Below are positions 10,630-29,688 of a stretch of 64,000 bases of DNA, one piece after another; within the stretch, counting starts at the first letter, position 1; every line of letters begins with the position of its first letter. The notes beneath the pieces were generated by a model. The model was given only the letters and a program-made list of their open reading frames with translations. It had not been told where the DNA came from and ran no database searches. The translations under genes and the position numbers were made by a program. Source of the DNA: Bugula neritina (taxonomy: Eukaryota > Animalia > Bryozoa); NCBI GenBank assembly GCA_964035545.1, contig OZ037765.1, positions 496,001 to 560,000 on the forward strand. Direction: 5' to 3'.

Positions 10630-13600
10630 GTGAGTAAAATTGACCTTTAGTGCTGAAAATCAAAATAATGGTTTTTTTTTGTAATTTATATACTGATAGC
10701 CAATAGCCGTAGGTAAGTAAGTAACTCAAACTGCAAGAGTAAGAATTAGAATCACACTAACTTACAGTTACAGTTACTGACTTAAACTTAAACTTACACT
10801 TACAGTTACAGTCACAGTGTTACCTTACACTCAGTCTTACAGTTAGTGTTGCTCATACTGACTAACTCTGAGAGTAAGTTGGTGTTACTCAGTTACTTTT
10901 ACACTTTGACTTATTTTAGTGTTACCTTTACTTATACTTATAGTTATACTTATACTTATACTTATACTTATAGGAACTGTGAGTTCCGCACGACACACTC
11001 GCACTGTCACTTTGAGTCACTGAGTCAAAGTGTCACACTCACAGTTAGTCTGACTCACAGTGATGAGTGATTAACTTCAAGTGAAGCTGAATGGTTGATT
11101 CAGATTGTGATCGTGATACTGATAGTCATACTTATAATAAGTATAACTATCTCTCAGAGTCAGTCTCATAGTTATAGTCCTGTACTTCACATAGTGATTG
11201 TCATGCTCATACTCATTGTGATACTGTGGTCATTGTGATACTCATTGAGTCATGTGGTATTGTCATTACAGTTAATGAGTTACCATTAGTCATTGACTCA
11301 TAGTCATTGCGATTGTATCTGTAAGACTCAGGCTTGGAGCGAGTGTGACTGTTGACCCTAAAGGCAAGGCTAAAGCCAAAAGCTATAAGTGTAACTTAAA
11401 ATTTGAAGTAAGGCTAAGAGTAACTAATAAGTAATAAGTAATAAGTAATTTACTATTGAATTTACCAAGTGTTAGAGTTTTATTTTAATTTTTAGCATTT
11501 ACAGTGTTACACTATTGATAGTAATCACTGTCACAATGTTTGTACTGTATTACCATTATAATAATAATTGTTATTATTATTCATTATTATTATTATTATA
11601 GTACTAATTACTTTTAGCTAGACTCAGTACTACTAGTAATAGTATTACTCAACTATTAATATAAGTGTTAAATCATTATTAACACCGTTAAAATAAAAAT
11701 GTTCAATTTGATATTCAATGTCATGTTAATATTCATTTTTATTTTAATATCGGTATTATTAATAACCATCAATATAAATAATTGAATAAACAATAATACT
11801 GGTAATAAGTAGTACTACTTACATTACGATAATATTAAATTTGATCTAGTAAAATAAATTTTACTATTTATTAATTATATTAGAATAATTAATACTGTAG
11901 TTATATTTGCCCTTAGTGTTTATTGTTTGTTATTGTGTATAATCGTAATGAGATTTGATTCGACATGTATTGATTGCAAAAGTAAAGAAATATTCACATT
12001 ATTGTGTATGTCATACAGTTTACTAGTCACGAGATCAGCTATAAGGCCTAGTGACTATCTGCTGAAGTTATCTGCTTCAAGTGGTTACTGGAATATGTTA
12101 TTTCCAGGGATTAATTGTTGGGAATATTTAGCTTACTAACTCCTTCTTAGTTGTGTGCTAGTCTACAGAGAGATTACTATCTAGGGCATCACTGAGTTGA
12201 CTATATATATAACTCTGTACACATTCAACGAAGCTATTTACTGTGAGCTGGTATTGAGTCAAGTAATTTCCAACTTGTAAAGAGATAGTCAAACAAATTG
12301 TAGAAGGTGGTTAGAGACTCAATGAGAGTGATTGTTGATTGTTTTCATCCCAGTTAGACACTATTTTTCATTTTGATACCATCATCATCATATAGCATGA
12401 CTGTTTTCAGTGTTTCGAACATCTCCACCCGTCTCTACATTTAGCCTTCTTTTGCTTCTCAGTTTGGGCCTTCCTTGGTAAAGTTTACCTTCTTTCAGCT
12501 GTGATAATACCTCATATGATAACAGTTTCATCCCAGATAAATGATATTTTTTATTTTGGTATTATATATAGTAATATACCCATATATACGTCTATATAAC
12601 TGTTGTATTGATATCTGAATAGCTAATATGATTGTTAGCCATAAATAACTAATGTAAAATATCTGGAATAATGTTCCAATTTTCACTGATTTGTGTGGGA
12701 AAAAAACAGTAATGCATTAATTATAGACACTATTTTTAATGAATACTTATTAGAGAAATATTTTTTCAAACAACAATGTAAAAAGTATAAAAATGCAAAA
12801 TTAATAAGTTAATGCAGATCAATAGAATTTATTTATGTGCTAAGTAACAAGCAATTGATCCAAGTTTATTTAAATATACAAATATTTTAATTATATTCAA
12901 ATAAATTGCACATAGAATATATATTGCACCAAAATAGATAAATAGCGTTTATTTGAGATAACACCAATTGTATCAAATTCAGTTACTAGCCAAATCAGCT
13001 ATTTGCTTTTGAACTTGATACTATCATTAGTGTTAACTCTTAGATGCTAACTGGAAATACAAACTACTATTTATAAATTATGCACCACTGGTAAATTTTC
13101 TTCAAAAGTACAGTATAGTAGACAAAAAATATTCACGGAGCCTTATTTTCCCTAGTTTGATGTTTTTTATTTTAGTTTTTCAGTTTATTAATGGTTGCTA
13201 TGGTCTCTATATAGAACGACTGACTGTAGCTGGAATTGTGTTCCCCTGTCACTCAAACATGAAATTTAAACTAGAAAATATTAAGAAAGTGCTAGTGGCT
13301 GAGATAGTAATAGTCATAACCCACATTACTACGTGGTATTTGAGTAAATAATTACCAAAGTCTACGGAATAAAATTTCAAACAAAGCTCTATAGATTAAT
13401 TATATAATTGATTAATTGTGTAATCTTCAAGTTAATTGTTATAGGCTTAACCATGATTCACATCTTATTCACATTTCCTCATTTATCTAACCGTTGGGTT
13501 GCCAACACGAAGGTTGGGTTGTAATAGAATATAGACAAGAGGGAACCATTCATTATAGGTCAATAAACTAACACTACCCATATAATAACTATACTAGTTC

Positions 13601-13908
13601 CAAGACCTTTTAGGGGAGACAACTTCTAAATAATTCACAATTTGCAGGCCAAGTCAGTGTCACACATTTTGACACTGGCTGGCAGGTGTGCCAGTATAGT
13701 GTCAGGGTGTGTTGACATCTACAGCCATTTAGTTGGGTCACAATATCTGCAGCTCACAGTTGGAGGTGAAATAATAAGTAGCTACCGCTTTCTAGTGGCA
13801 GTAGTTACTGTAGTCAAATGTGCTTTGTGCTGCCCCTCTTCTAGTATTTCCAGCTGCTAAATGTGAAGCCAAGCAGCTTTAGACCAGTAGCTTGTTCTGT
13901 GATGGCTG

Positions 13909-14695
13909 TATAATATATAGTAATAACTAGTATGTATAATATATAGTAATAACTAGTATATATAATATATAGTAGTAACTAGTATATATAATATATAGTA
14001 GTAACTAGTATATATAATATATAGTAATAACTAGTATATATAGTATATAGTAATAACTAGTATATATAATATATAGTAATAACTAGTATATATAATATAT
14101 AGTAATAACTAGTATAGGACTATATAGTATATAGTAATAACTAGTATATATAATATATAGTAATAACTAGTATATATAATATATAGTAATAACTAGTATA
14201 TATAATATATAGTAATAACTAGTATATATAGTATATAGTAATAACTAGTATATATAATATATAGTAATAACTAGTATATATAATATATAGTAATAACTAG
14301 TATATATAATATATAGTAATAACTAGTATATATAATATATAGTAATAACTAGTATATATAGTATATAGTAATAACTAGTATATATAATATATAGTAATAA
14401 CTAGTATATATAATATATAGTAATAACTAGTATATATAGTATATAGTAATAACTAGTATATATAATATATAGTAATAACTAGTATATATAGTATATAGTA
14501 ATAACTAGTATATATAATATATAGTAATAACTAGTATATATAATATATAGTAATAACTAGTATATATAGTATATAGTAATAACTAGTATATATAATATAT
14601 AGTAATAACTAGTATATATAATATATAGTAATAACTAGTATATGTAATATATAGTAATAACTAGTATATGTAATATATAGTATAATATATAGTAG
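13909..14695. repeat. 24-bp AT-rich minisatellite (TATATAATATATAGTAATAACTAG)n
   Basis: About 32 near-identical copies. Confidence 0.95.
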
Positions 14696-15066
14696 TATAT
14701 GTAGTATAGAAAAGTCAGAAGGCGGAACTAACCAAGAGTGAGAAACTAGGCCTCTCCCTTACAGTATAAAACAAGTGACTTCACTTCCACCTCACACTTG
14801 GGGGTATTCTGTACAGCTAGCAACACTCTCTGCTCTTCCAGTCTACCTACAGTATATATACTCAGTCTACACACAGTATATATACTCAGTTTACGTACTC
14901 AGTCTACCTACAGTATATATACTCAGTCTACACACAGTAGCTATACTCAGTCTACACACAGTATATATACTCAGTCTGCACACAGTCTGCAATGCTGTCA
15001 CACTCGCATGTTACAGGCAGCAGTGACAGCTACACAGAGCTGAGGAAGATTCTGCTCGAACCAACC

Positions 15067-20179
<5,113 letters not shown>

Positions 20180-23100
20180 CCAACCAATCACATTAGATTA
20201 TACCAGCTGTTTACTGTTGGGTGAGATGTCGTGTACAGAACATCCACTCTCACTCATTAACCTCTCCTTTAATCAATGAACTCTTCCGATTCTCTGGAGG
20301 TCAATTGTGCAGAAAGTTGATGCATTATGGGAAGAGATGCTAGTCAGTCTTATTCCAAATACTTTTATATTGTCTTTTCTCTAACTCCTGTACACTCCCC
20401 CCCCTCTGTCCATACTCCGTATGAAATGATATGTCTAGTAAAATAATGCACAGTTTTATTATTTATATTATAAACTCATTATATTTTGTGTAAACTATTC
20501 TTTCTCACGGATGATTTCAACTATTTATTAGTTATGCTGCTGCTTGTCTACTGCCTTCATGGCCGCATTTCTGAAAATAAGCATTTTTAAAGTATAGTTT
20601 GTGTGAGTTGAGACACACACTATGTCACACACAGAGTTGGTTTAGTTCCACCGTTTCACCTCTACTTATGAAAATGAACCGCTCAGAGTTTTAGTTACGT
20701 GCAGTGCATTACCTTTCTCACTAAAATGATGTCATTTCCTTAATAAAATTCAGCCAGACTTTACAACAGTTTCTTGTGTATTGAAATGTTTGCACTCTGG
20801 TTTATAGAGGGGGTTCTCTTAGTGCTTGGCCTGTACAGAGAGAGAGAGAGTGTACTGAGAGAGAGTGTACAGATAGAGAGTACTGAGAGAGTGTACAGAT
20901 AGGATTTAGTTCTATAGGGCTGAATTTACTGCTTAGAAATGAACTTTCATTGTTGAGTTTCCTAAATGTTTAGTCATCATAGGATAACAATGCTATTTAA
21001 ATTTAAAGTTTTTAACATTAGCCTGCCAACTCCCTTGCTTTGTCCAGGTAACCGAATAGCCTAAAGCTCTGCTGAGAACTCTATTTCATTGCCTGCTATA
21101 CTAATGATAAAACTGCAGCTTTGAGTTTTAGTAGGCTAGCAAATGATCAATACTATAATATTATTCCCCGTTACCTCACTTTACTTACCACTCACTGAAT
21201 TTAGGCATTTTCTGCTTATTTTATAAATATCTAGCTGGCAATATATATTTTATGGCGTAAACTAAAACAGTGCTAACACAATAAATCCAATTATGTAATA
21301 AAACATTTTTTAACTTTTGCTATATTACCCATATTTTTTATGTTGTCATTCCAGATAGCAAACCACCAGTTAGATGACCCAAATATTTCAGGGGTTTGGG
21401 GTTCAATATCATTAATGTTTAGTGTTTGTAAAGAACGTTGGCCAAGTGGGAGTAGTTTATTTAGGAAACAACTAAGTGAAATTAAACCTGTAAAGGAAAA
21501 GAACATTTCATATAGCTTCATTAAGTTTTATTTTGTGAACCTCTAAACAGTGCTGTTTTCAATTGAGATATAAATTACTGTATAGGTACACTTTGTCGTC
21601 TAGCCGTAATTTAGATACACCAAATACTATACTATTTTACTTAGTTTAGTACACACTCAACATCTCTAATTTTTAGCTCATGTGTTTTTTATCCTAAACT
21701 AAAAAAATATTAACATATTGTGTGTGTGGCCATGTGTGTGTGGCCATGTGTGTGTGGCCATGTGTGTGTGTAGCCATGTGTGTAGGGAGTAGGCATGTTG
21801 ATTTGCTGATGCAAGATCCCTTCTAACCTGTTTTCTAGTGCATAGTTAGAATCAAGGTATGAAATTACTTCATATAACAGATTTCCATGAATAATTTGAG
21901 CAAACTTTAATTTTCAGGCAAACTTTGCTAATGTTTACTAAATAAAGTAAGACGGCCCATATGTACATTTCATGCATCGACAATTTCTCTCAGCTTTTCC
22001 TTTTGTACATATTTGGTCATAAAATACTTTTTGGTACCAAATAAGGTCAAATTACCCACATTTCTACTTGTCTAAGAAATTATATATAATATGATTGGCT
22101 TAACTTAAAGTGGTGATCAGACGAGGAGTAATTGGAAAGGCGCCTGGAGCACCTGCTACAGCTGCTCAGATATTAGCCATGATATGTCACACATACGTGT
22201 CATATCCAACAATAATATATGATTTTCTGCACTCAACTTGAACTATTGCTGTAATTTTACTTTTCTATTGAACCCATTACAAGATCAGATGTATAGGCCT
22301 GTGAAAGACTCGGTGCGTAAGTAGTGAGTGCATTAGGTAACTAATGAACTCATTGTAGGACCAGGTTGGTAACATTTACTGTACATTGCATTATTTATTG
22401 CATGTCTCCTAACAGTTTAAACTCGACAACCTTAAACTATGATGAATATTCTCTACGCTGCTGTTACATTTTGGGGAGCTGGAGTGTAGCTATTTTTATT
22501 TGCTAATGCCGGTGCTTTTGCTTTGCTTGTTTATACTAGGCCATTCATACGCTAATTACATGGCAGAAAGTGATTATATAAATATATGTAATATATTCTA
22601 CATATACATTATATAGTTATTTAATATATACAAATTATAATAATATTTCTGTATTCACAGAGTAGACAAGAGTTAAGATCATGCCCTGGCAACAGCATAA
22701 GGGTCATTTTTTATTTAAACCTGGCATTTGCTAGCGAATTCATGTTCGTGAAAACAAAAAGCAACATAAAAATATGTCATAATAAAATACTACTCTGTAA
22801 GTATAGGTATATTCATATTAATAGATTTTGTTTTAAATCACTTTGTTCAAGGTCAATCACCAATGTATGTAGGTACAATAATAATAAAATGATGGCCAAC
22901 AAATTTGTTATCATATTGATCATTATGATTATAAAACAAATTTTATTGTTTATTGAATTAATTTGTGTTCTGAAGATGCCTGTATATATGATCTACCAAC
23001 CCACGTGATCTGCTAATACTTAGATATTGTATTTGTAACGATTTCAGCATAGACTCGGGCATAATTATTCTATTGTAGCTCAGTTTTAATAGGCCCGCTA

Positions 23101-23217
23101 GCAAGATGTAAATTAGGGCTGTCTTGGCCCTCCCCCACCCCACGTTATACTTTATTATGAACGCTGAGACTATCAAATTTAACAATGGTAAAGCTAATAT
23201 TGTTTTAACTGCTTACT

Positions 23218-23362
23218 TATATAAAAGAAGGTAACTTTCACGGCATCGAACCATTCAAGGTAGCAAGAAGCTGGGAACAGCAACGTAAGATAGTAGAGTT
23301 ACAGATGAGAACAAAGTTGTATGGCAGTAGAGAAGGGAAAGCAGAGGAGAAACCCTAGACAG
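23218..23362 (+). promoter_or_regulatory. Putative TATA box and non-coding first exon of the Fox gene (intron 23363-25169)
   Basis: TATATAAAAG at 23218; canonical donor CAG|GTAAGT at 23362/3; candidate acceptor AACAG at 25169 upstream of ATG 25236. Confidence 0.5.
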
Positions 23363-23426
23363 GTAAGTTTATTTCATAGATCTGGTTGACAATATTGTAT
23401 GTTATGTAACGGCTGGTCATGTCCAG

Positions 23427-24568
23427 CAGGGTTGGGGTCAATTACATGTAAATGTAATTAATTACAATTACAATTACATGAAGATTTGTCAATTACAATT
23501 ACGTAATTATAATTACAGTTGAAAATAAATGTAATTAATTACAATTACAATTACATGGCAATGTAATTAATTACAATTACAATTACTTTTGTTCTCGCAA
23601 GGAATAAATAGAAGCTACTTCTAGGGTCCAACTACCAGCGGCAATGGTGAACCTCTTTTGTTTTCTACAGTGATACTATTATGTCATTCCATACCAAATC
23701 AACCAACTTTCAAGGAGTCCCACATCTTTGTGTCTCAGATTTTGCTCATATTTACACTAAATGGACCTACACATGTTCAGATTACCATTCGTGAATATTT
23801 CTGGCCTGACACAAAAACATTTTGAGAAATTACTACTTTGGTGAACAAAGGTTGGAAAATTTGTGATTTATACTTTTAGACCAATTTATATGTAATTTAA
23901 AATTTGATTAGGCGAGTATTTGAAATTTTTCAAAATTTACAAAGATTTGTTCATATTCAATGATTTTGCATATATGCACACAAAGTATTCTGTAGTATGT
24001 GTTGCTACTAGTGCAAATTGTTGGGTATTATCAAATCACAGCAAATTTTAAGGCTCAGTCTAGAAAATTGATTGAGATATAGACGTTTATAGATTAGTCT
24101 AAAAATAGAAATCACAAATTTTCCTCAAAATGTTTCTCAACTTTTGTCCACAAAAGTAGTCAGTTCTCAAAAAAAATTTGTGTCAGGTCAGAAATACTGA
24201 AGAAGAGTACTTGAGGCATGTGTAGGTCTATTTGGTGTAAACATTAACAAAATCTGAGACGCAAATAGACGCGGGCAATTCAGTGAGCTGGCATGGAATG
24301 ACCCTACTATATTGACCTAACTATCTGAACTTGTTATTTAACAGTAGGCATTGTAGAAAAAGGAGTTTTTTAAGATTTAAAAGTTTGAAGTAATTGACAT
24401 GTAATTATAAAGTAATTGTAAAAATCAATTACATTAGATATGTAATTAATTACAATTACAATTACAATTACATTTTTAAACCTCAATTACAAATTACATT
24501 CAATTACTTGAAAAAATGTAATTAGTTACAGCCAATTACAATTACAAATTACAATTACCCCAACCCTG
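23427..24568. mobile_element. Non-autonomous hAT-type element (MITE) with subterminal AATTAC arrays
   Basis: TIR CAGGGTTGGGGT...ACCCCAACCCTG; perfect 8-bp TSD ATGTCCAG at 23419-23426 and 24569-24576. Confidence 0.92.
23681..24304. mobile_element. Nested long-TIR MITE inside the hAT element
   Basis: Ends GTCATTCCATACCA ... TGGCATGGAATGAC; about 190-bp imperfect inverted arms (e.g. GTCTCAGATTTTG/CAAAATCTGAGAC, CCTACACATG/CATGTGTAGG, CCTGACACAAA/TTTGTGTCAGG); TACTAT on both flanks. Confidence 0.75.
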
Positions 24569-25235
24569 ATGTCCAGTAGTAATGGCACATTTCAATATTG
24601 GGGTTTGGGATGATGGTTGGGGGTTAGGAAACATGTAGCATTATTGTGCCATTATTACCTTTGCCAATATTGCCTGTGCTATTATTACCTGTGCCATTAT
24701 TACCTCTGCCATTTTTACCTAAAATCAATTAAGGTGTTGATGTTGGATAAGGGGTTATACTGATACAAAGTTGATAAATTTAATAAAACAAACTTGCTAC
24801 TATAGACTCTGTTTATAGACTGTACTTGTAGCATCTAGTTTATTGTAATTAAACTTTTTATTTATTTTGTATTACAAGACAGAGTCAAACTGCTTAGTAA
24901 ATTACACTTTTTTGTACTTCAATTTTCAGACTTTCAATTTCAAGTCATAATCAATATGTTAAAATGATTCAATATTAATAAGCTTTTCAACATTCATGTT
25001 AAAATTGAATCTTTTTATTTTCTAAATAACTTTTCACTAAAGTAATGCAAATTAATTCTATTGTAATAAAAGGTTTTATTAACCTAGTGCAGCACAGAGT
25101 TTGGGTTCAGCTGTCTCTGGTCAGGTCGTATAGACCTTTCCTATTAGCTCTGTATCAATTCCATAACAGGTCATCATATATCTAGCTATAGCTGCAATTT
25201 GTGAACTTTTGAACCTGTTTAGTTGTGAGTCTAAG

Positions 25236-26057
25236 ATGAGTGAATACTTTCCCTTACAGAATGAGGTAGGGAGTGTGCAGCTCTCTAGTGGTGCCGGCCC
25301 TTCCACTGACAGCGAATCTGCATGCAGCTCTGAGTCTAGCCTACAGCCCTACAGTGACGTCAAGCCCGCATACTCCTACATTGCTCTCATCGCCATAGCC
25401 CTGGAGCAAAGTCCCCGAGGGGTGCTCACTCTCAGCGAGATCTACAAATTCATCAAACTTAGGTTTCCTTATTTCAATCAAAATGAGCCGAGATGGCAAA
25501 ACTCCATCCGCCACAACCTCAGTCTAAACGATTGCTTCGTAAAGGTGCCGAGACCAGCGGGGGTGCCCGGGAAAGGTAACTATTGGAAGCTGCACCCTTC
25601 TTGCTCCAATATGTTTGCTAACGGCTCTTTCCTCCGTAGATCAAAACGTTTCAAGATTAAAGAGACCAAAGAGTTCAACCAGCTACAGAGCCAAGGTATG
25701 CCTCTGAATGCACCAGCAATGGAGCATCCTATCACCTTCCAGAACACGTTTGCCAATACTGCCTACCAGACAGCGCCGATACCGCCGGCTCATACTAGGG
25801 TGATGAACGCTGAGCAAAGCTTTTACCCTCCTCTACCAGTTCCCCATCCGGCGTATGGTAACACTGCTGTTTACTCTCACCTCTCTAACCAGCCGCTCCA
25901 CACAATGATCTCTCCTAACGGTTATAACCCAAACGCCTACAACAATGTCAATATGTCCTCCCCAAACCTAGGTGCCAGTTTCTCCAGCTCCGACCATCCC
26001 ATCTTCCCTAATTCCAACATCTACCAGCAGTCGTGCTCTTACGGAATCAGAAGATAA
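25236..26057 (+). CDS. FoxAB: Forkhead transcription factor, FoxAB class, single coding exon
   Basis: [57 protein letters not shown]. The forkhead domain is certain; the subclass call rests on [16 protein letters not shown] plus [15 protein letters not shown]. Confidence 0.85.
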   Translation: MSEYFPLQNEVGSVQLSSGAGPSTDSESACSSESSLQPYSDVKPAYSYIALIAIALEQSPRGVLTLSEIYKFIKLRFPYFNQNEPRWQNSIRHNLSLNDCFVKVPRPAGVPGKGNYWKLHPSCSNMFANGSFLRRSKRFKIKETKEFNQLQSQGMPLNAPAMEHPITFQNTFANTAYQTAPIPPAHTRVMNAEQSFYPPLPVPHPAYGNTAVYSHLSNQPLHTMISPNGYNPNAYNNVNMSSPNLGASFSSSDHPIFPNSNIYQQSCSYGIRR

Positions 26058-28789
26058 AGTTTTACCAGTTTTTTGTGTCTGTCTGTGTGTCTGTCTGTGT
26101 GTCCAACATAACAATAAAGTTTGCTATATGTTACCAAATTGCTCATTCTTATCCATTGTCTTGCTTTAACTTAATATTTATTATTTATTTTTTTACTAAG
26201 AGCTCATCCTTATTGAACTAAATATAGTGCATTGAATGAATAATCCCATCTACTCTGAGTGAAGAATATCTACTGTATGAATACCAACAAAATAAATGTT
26301 ATAAAACTCCTCAATATTCAGTATTTTTTATCAAATGTTGATTGAACTATAAGCACAGTTTCCAGACTATACTTCATATTGCAGTTCTAAGTTTACACAT
26401 TACACAAAGTGTAATGCTTTCTTGAAAAGTGCCCATCAGGACGATATCGTACTATTAAATACAGAAGCACATGGGGCAGAGATTCTTTTATACGCCAGGC
26501 AGCACTCAAGCTAAATAAACGTGTATAATAATTTTTGTTAATTGACTTCCAGCCTCAGACTTTTTGCTCCTATTTTCAAGCCATGTATTTTACACTGTTA
26601 TCATTTTTAATACCAGGGGCATCGGTATTTAGCACTTTTTTCACAACATATATCATGTTAGTGATAGAAATAAAATCAATCAATCAGTTTTATTCCTAAA
26701 AAGTGCATCTATAGTCACCAGATGCTGTTTAATGCTAGAGGTTGGCATATGATAGGAAATTTATCATGTTGTGAAGAGGGAGATAACTCTAACTTGAAGC
26801 TGCTAAGCTGCCAGGAAGAGCACCTGACAGTGGTGCTTATTAAAACGTTAAAATATCCTTCCAGCATTATTCATTGTACATGGCACAAATATAAGAATTG
26901 TCTTATTATCTATTTAAAATTGTTTATTATTATGCTTACTTATAGTATTATTAATTCTCAGTTATTTCTCAACTAACCTCCATTGGACTACAGAGGAGAG
27001 GTTTCATACAGAGAAAGGTTCATGTAGATGAAATACATTCTATCACTTATACTCTATAGTTCTGCTTATGCTCAACACAACTCTAATGTGATAGGCTTAC
27101 AGCAATCCTATTAGGACAGTTTCTTCCACTTAGATAATACAAACTGTTGGAGTGCAGACAACTCCTAATAAAATGTCTTCAAAGGAGATAGTGTATCAGG
27201 GAAGACAACTCTGCAAGTGTCTGCAAGACTTTACACTTGAACGGTTGGAGCTAATTACTGGAGCCCAGATGCTCTGCCAATGTCACTTCCTTGGGTGTGG
27301 ATAGAACAAGCACAATATCGTTTTATTGCTTTCAAAAATACGTTGCTTTGGGTGTGGAGTGGCTGCTTCAGCATATAGAATGTTGAGATATAAAGTGGCT
27401 GTACAAACTTTTGCTTTCACCCTCAATAACCCAGATTTGAAGTGTCACTGTAGTAATATTATGTAGCTATGTCTGCACTAGGTCAACTATGAAGCTATAT
27501 CACATATTAAATATGTCTCCAGTACCATATGATTTAGAAACTGTGATTATCACGATTATAAATGTGAATGGTGACTAACTTTTGATTTGTGAACATTTTG
27601 AGGTAAAATCTTTTAGTAAATGATTAGCATTTGGTACTCGTAAACACAATTACAACCATTATTGCCACTAATTGTAATGCTAATTTTACACACTTATAAT
27701 ATTTCAATAAAAAAACATTTGAAGTGATACAGCTTTGTAATGAGATTGGAGTTGTTCCCTTTTTATATTGTGAAGTTTCTAGCCCCGCCTATCAAATTTG
27801 TGCGACTTCCCATCGAAGGAATTCATTTCTAGTGAGTCTGATAGTGATAGTTATTCAATTAGTGTTGTTAGTAATTCAGCAGTAGCATTAGTAATAAATT
27901 GGTTATAACTAAATATATCGGAAGGTTTCGACTTGCTTTTGAAGTCGAATACTGTCGATAAAATTAGTTGGCGTTGTCACATGAAATGTGTTTTTGAGTC
28001 AAAAGTTATTTTTATTATAATTGTTTTTATAGTTTATTAATTTTAACAATAACTATAACTATAAGTAATAAGTATAACTTATAAGACTCGGTCAATAACA
28101 ATAACATAGCTAATACTAGTAAATTTTATAAGTCGAATTACTCAATTTAATTCTGATTCTCTCTCCGACTCTCATACATTTACCGATTGTGGGCTAGCAC
28201 TAGCCATTACTAGTAGTAGTACTAGTACTGTGACTATTCACGTTTATCGTTATTGCATTGGATTGGTAGTAAACCTCAGCCTGGGAGTTGGCTTCAAACT
28301 CTATTACTATAACCGTATTAGTACTTGGATTTTCTGTAATCGGCAGCAGGTAAGCTTAATTTTGTATCTTACGCTTATCTTGACATTTTATTTATTTCAC
28401 ATTCGGTAATGTCACACTGACACTCAATCACAATGTGAATGTCAATGTAATACTAATTATATTAATATTGCAATCATAATCACTTAAAGTTAATGATAAT
28501 CATAATCCGTTATCATAATCATAATGATGATGTATTACAAATAGTAATACTAATACTAGTACTAGTAGTAATAGTAATTATTAGTATAACTATAATATTA
28601 ATTATATAATAATGATTGTATTTAATTTTATATTAATATTAATGATAATATTTATAATTTTACTTATAGTTATAATTATTAATATTATTTGTTTATTTGT
28701 TAAATTGAGCTTTTACTTATATTCTTTCAACCTTAAGATGATCTAAATTACTGCAATTAGTATTACTCAACTGCAAAGTCTAATAATAT

Positions 28790-29165
28790 TACTATTAGTA
28801 GTACTCTAGTATTGTAGTAGTAGTAATAGTAGTAGTAGTAGTACTAACTAGTAGTAGTAGTACTACTACTAGCAGTAGTACTAGTAGTGGTACTGGTAGT
28901 AGTAGTCACTGTAGTGCTCAAGTAGTAGTACTACTAGTAGTTGTATAACTATAAGTACTACTAGTACTCAATCATTAGTACTAGTAGTAGTTATAATTGT
29001 TATTGTAATACTAATAGTAATAGTAATGCTAGCACTAGTAGTAATAGTAGTGGCAGTAGTACTGGTAGTACAGTACTACTAGTACTACTATTACTAGTAG
29101 TAGTACTAGTGCTAGTAGTACTACTAGTGCTACTGTACTACTAGTGATAGTGCCTAGTAGTAGTG
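28790..29165. repeat. Degenerate (AGT/ACT)n trinucleotide tract
   Basis: Low-complexity AGT/ACT runs. Confidence 0.85.
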
Positions 29166-29688
29166 GTATTGATTAATGTGTTAGATTTACTCTTACTGTT
29201 TAAGTTACTCTCAGAGTTAGTTAGCCTCATACTATAGCTACGTGATACACTTACAGTCATTGTTGGTGTTGATTATTATATTAATATTCCATATCAATAT
29301 TATATATTAGTTACTACATTTAATGTTACTGGTATTCATGTTTATAGTATTACTATAACTATTGGCCATGCCAATGGCAGTGTTCCAATACTAATAGCAA
29401 TATGGTATTGTGAGTTCAGATACAAACATTTAGTCTCATTTGAAATCAAACTCTTAATCTCATAGACATACTGATAGTCTATTGCTAGTCATAGTGATAG
29501 TCGTAGTGATAGTCGTATTGATAGTTGTAGTGATGTAATAGTATCTCGGAACCATTCAACTGTCTGACAGATTCCTGTCCATAGATTTACCCTCATCATT
29601 GATGTCTTCTTGTAGATGTAGATGAGCAGTATCACTGTAGAGTAGGAAGTCAATGCCATGTAAGCCTCCTTTAGGAGGTCAACTAGGC

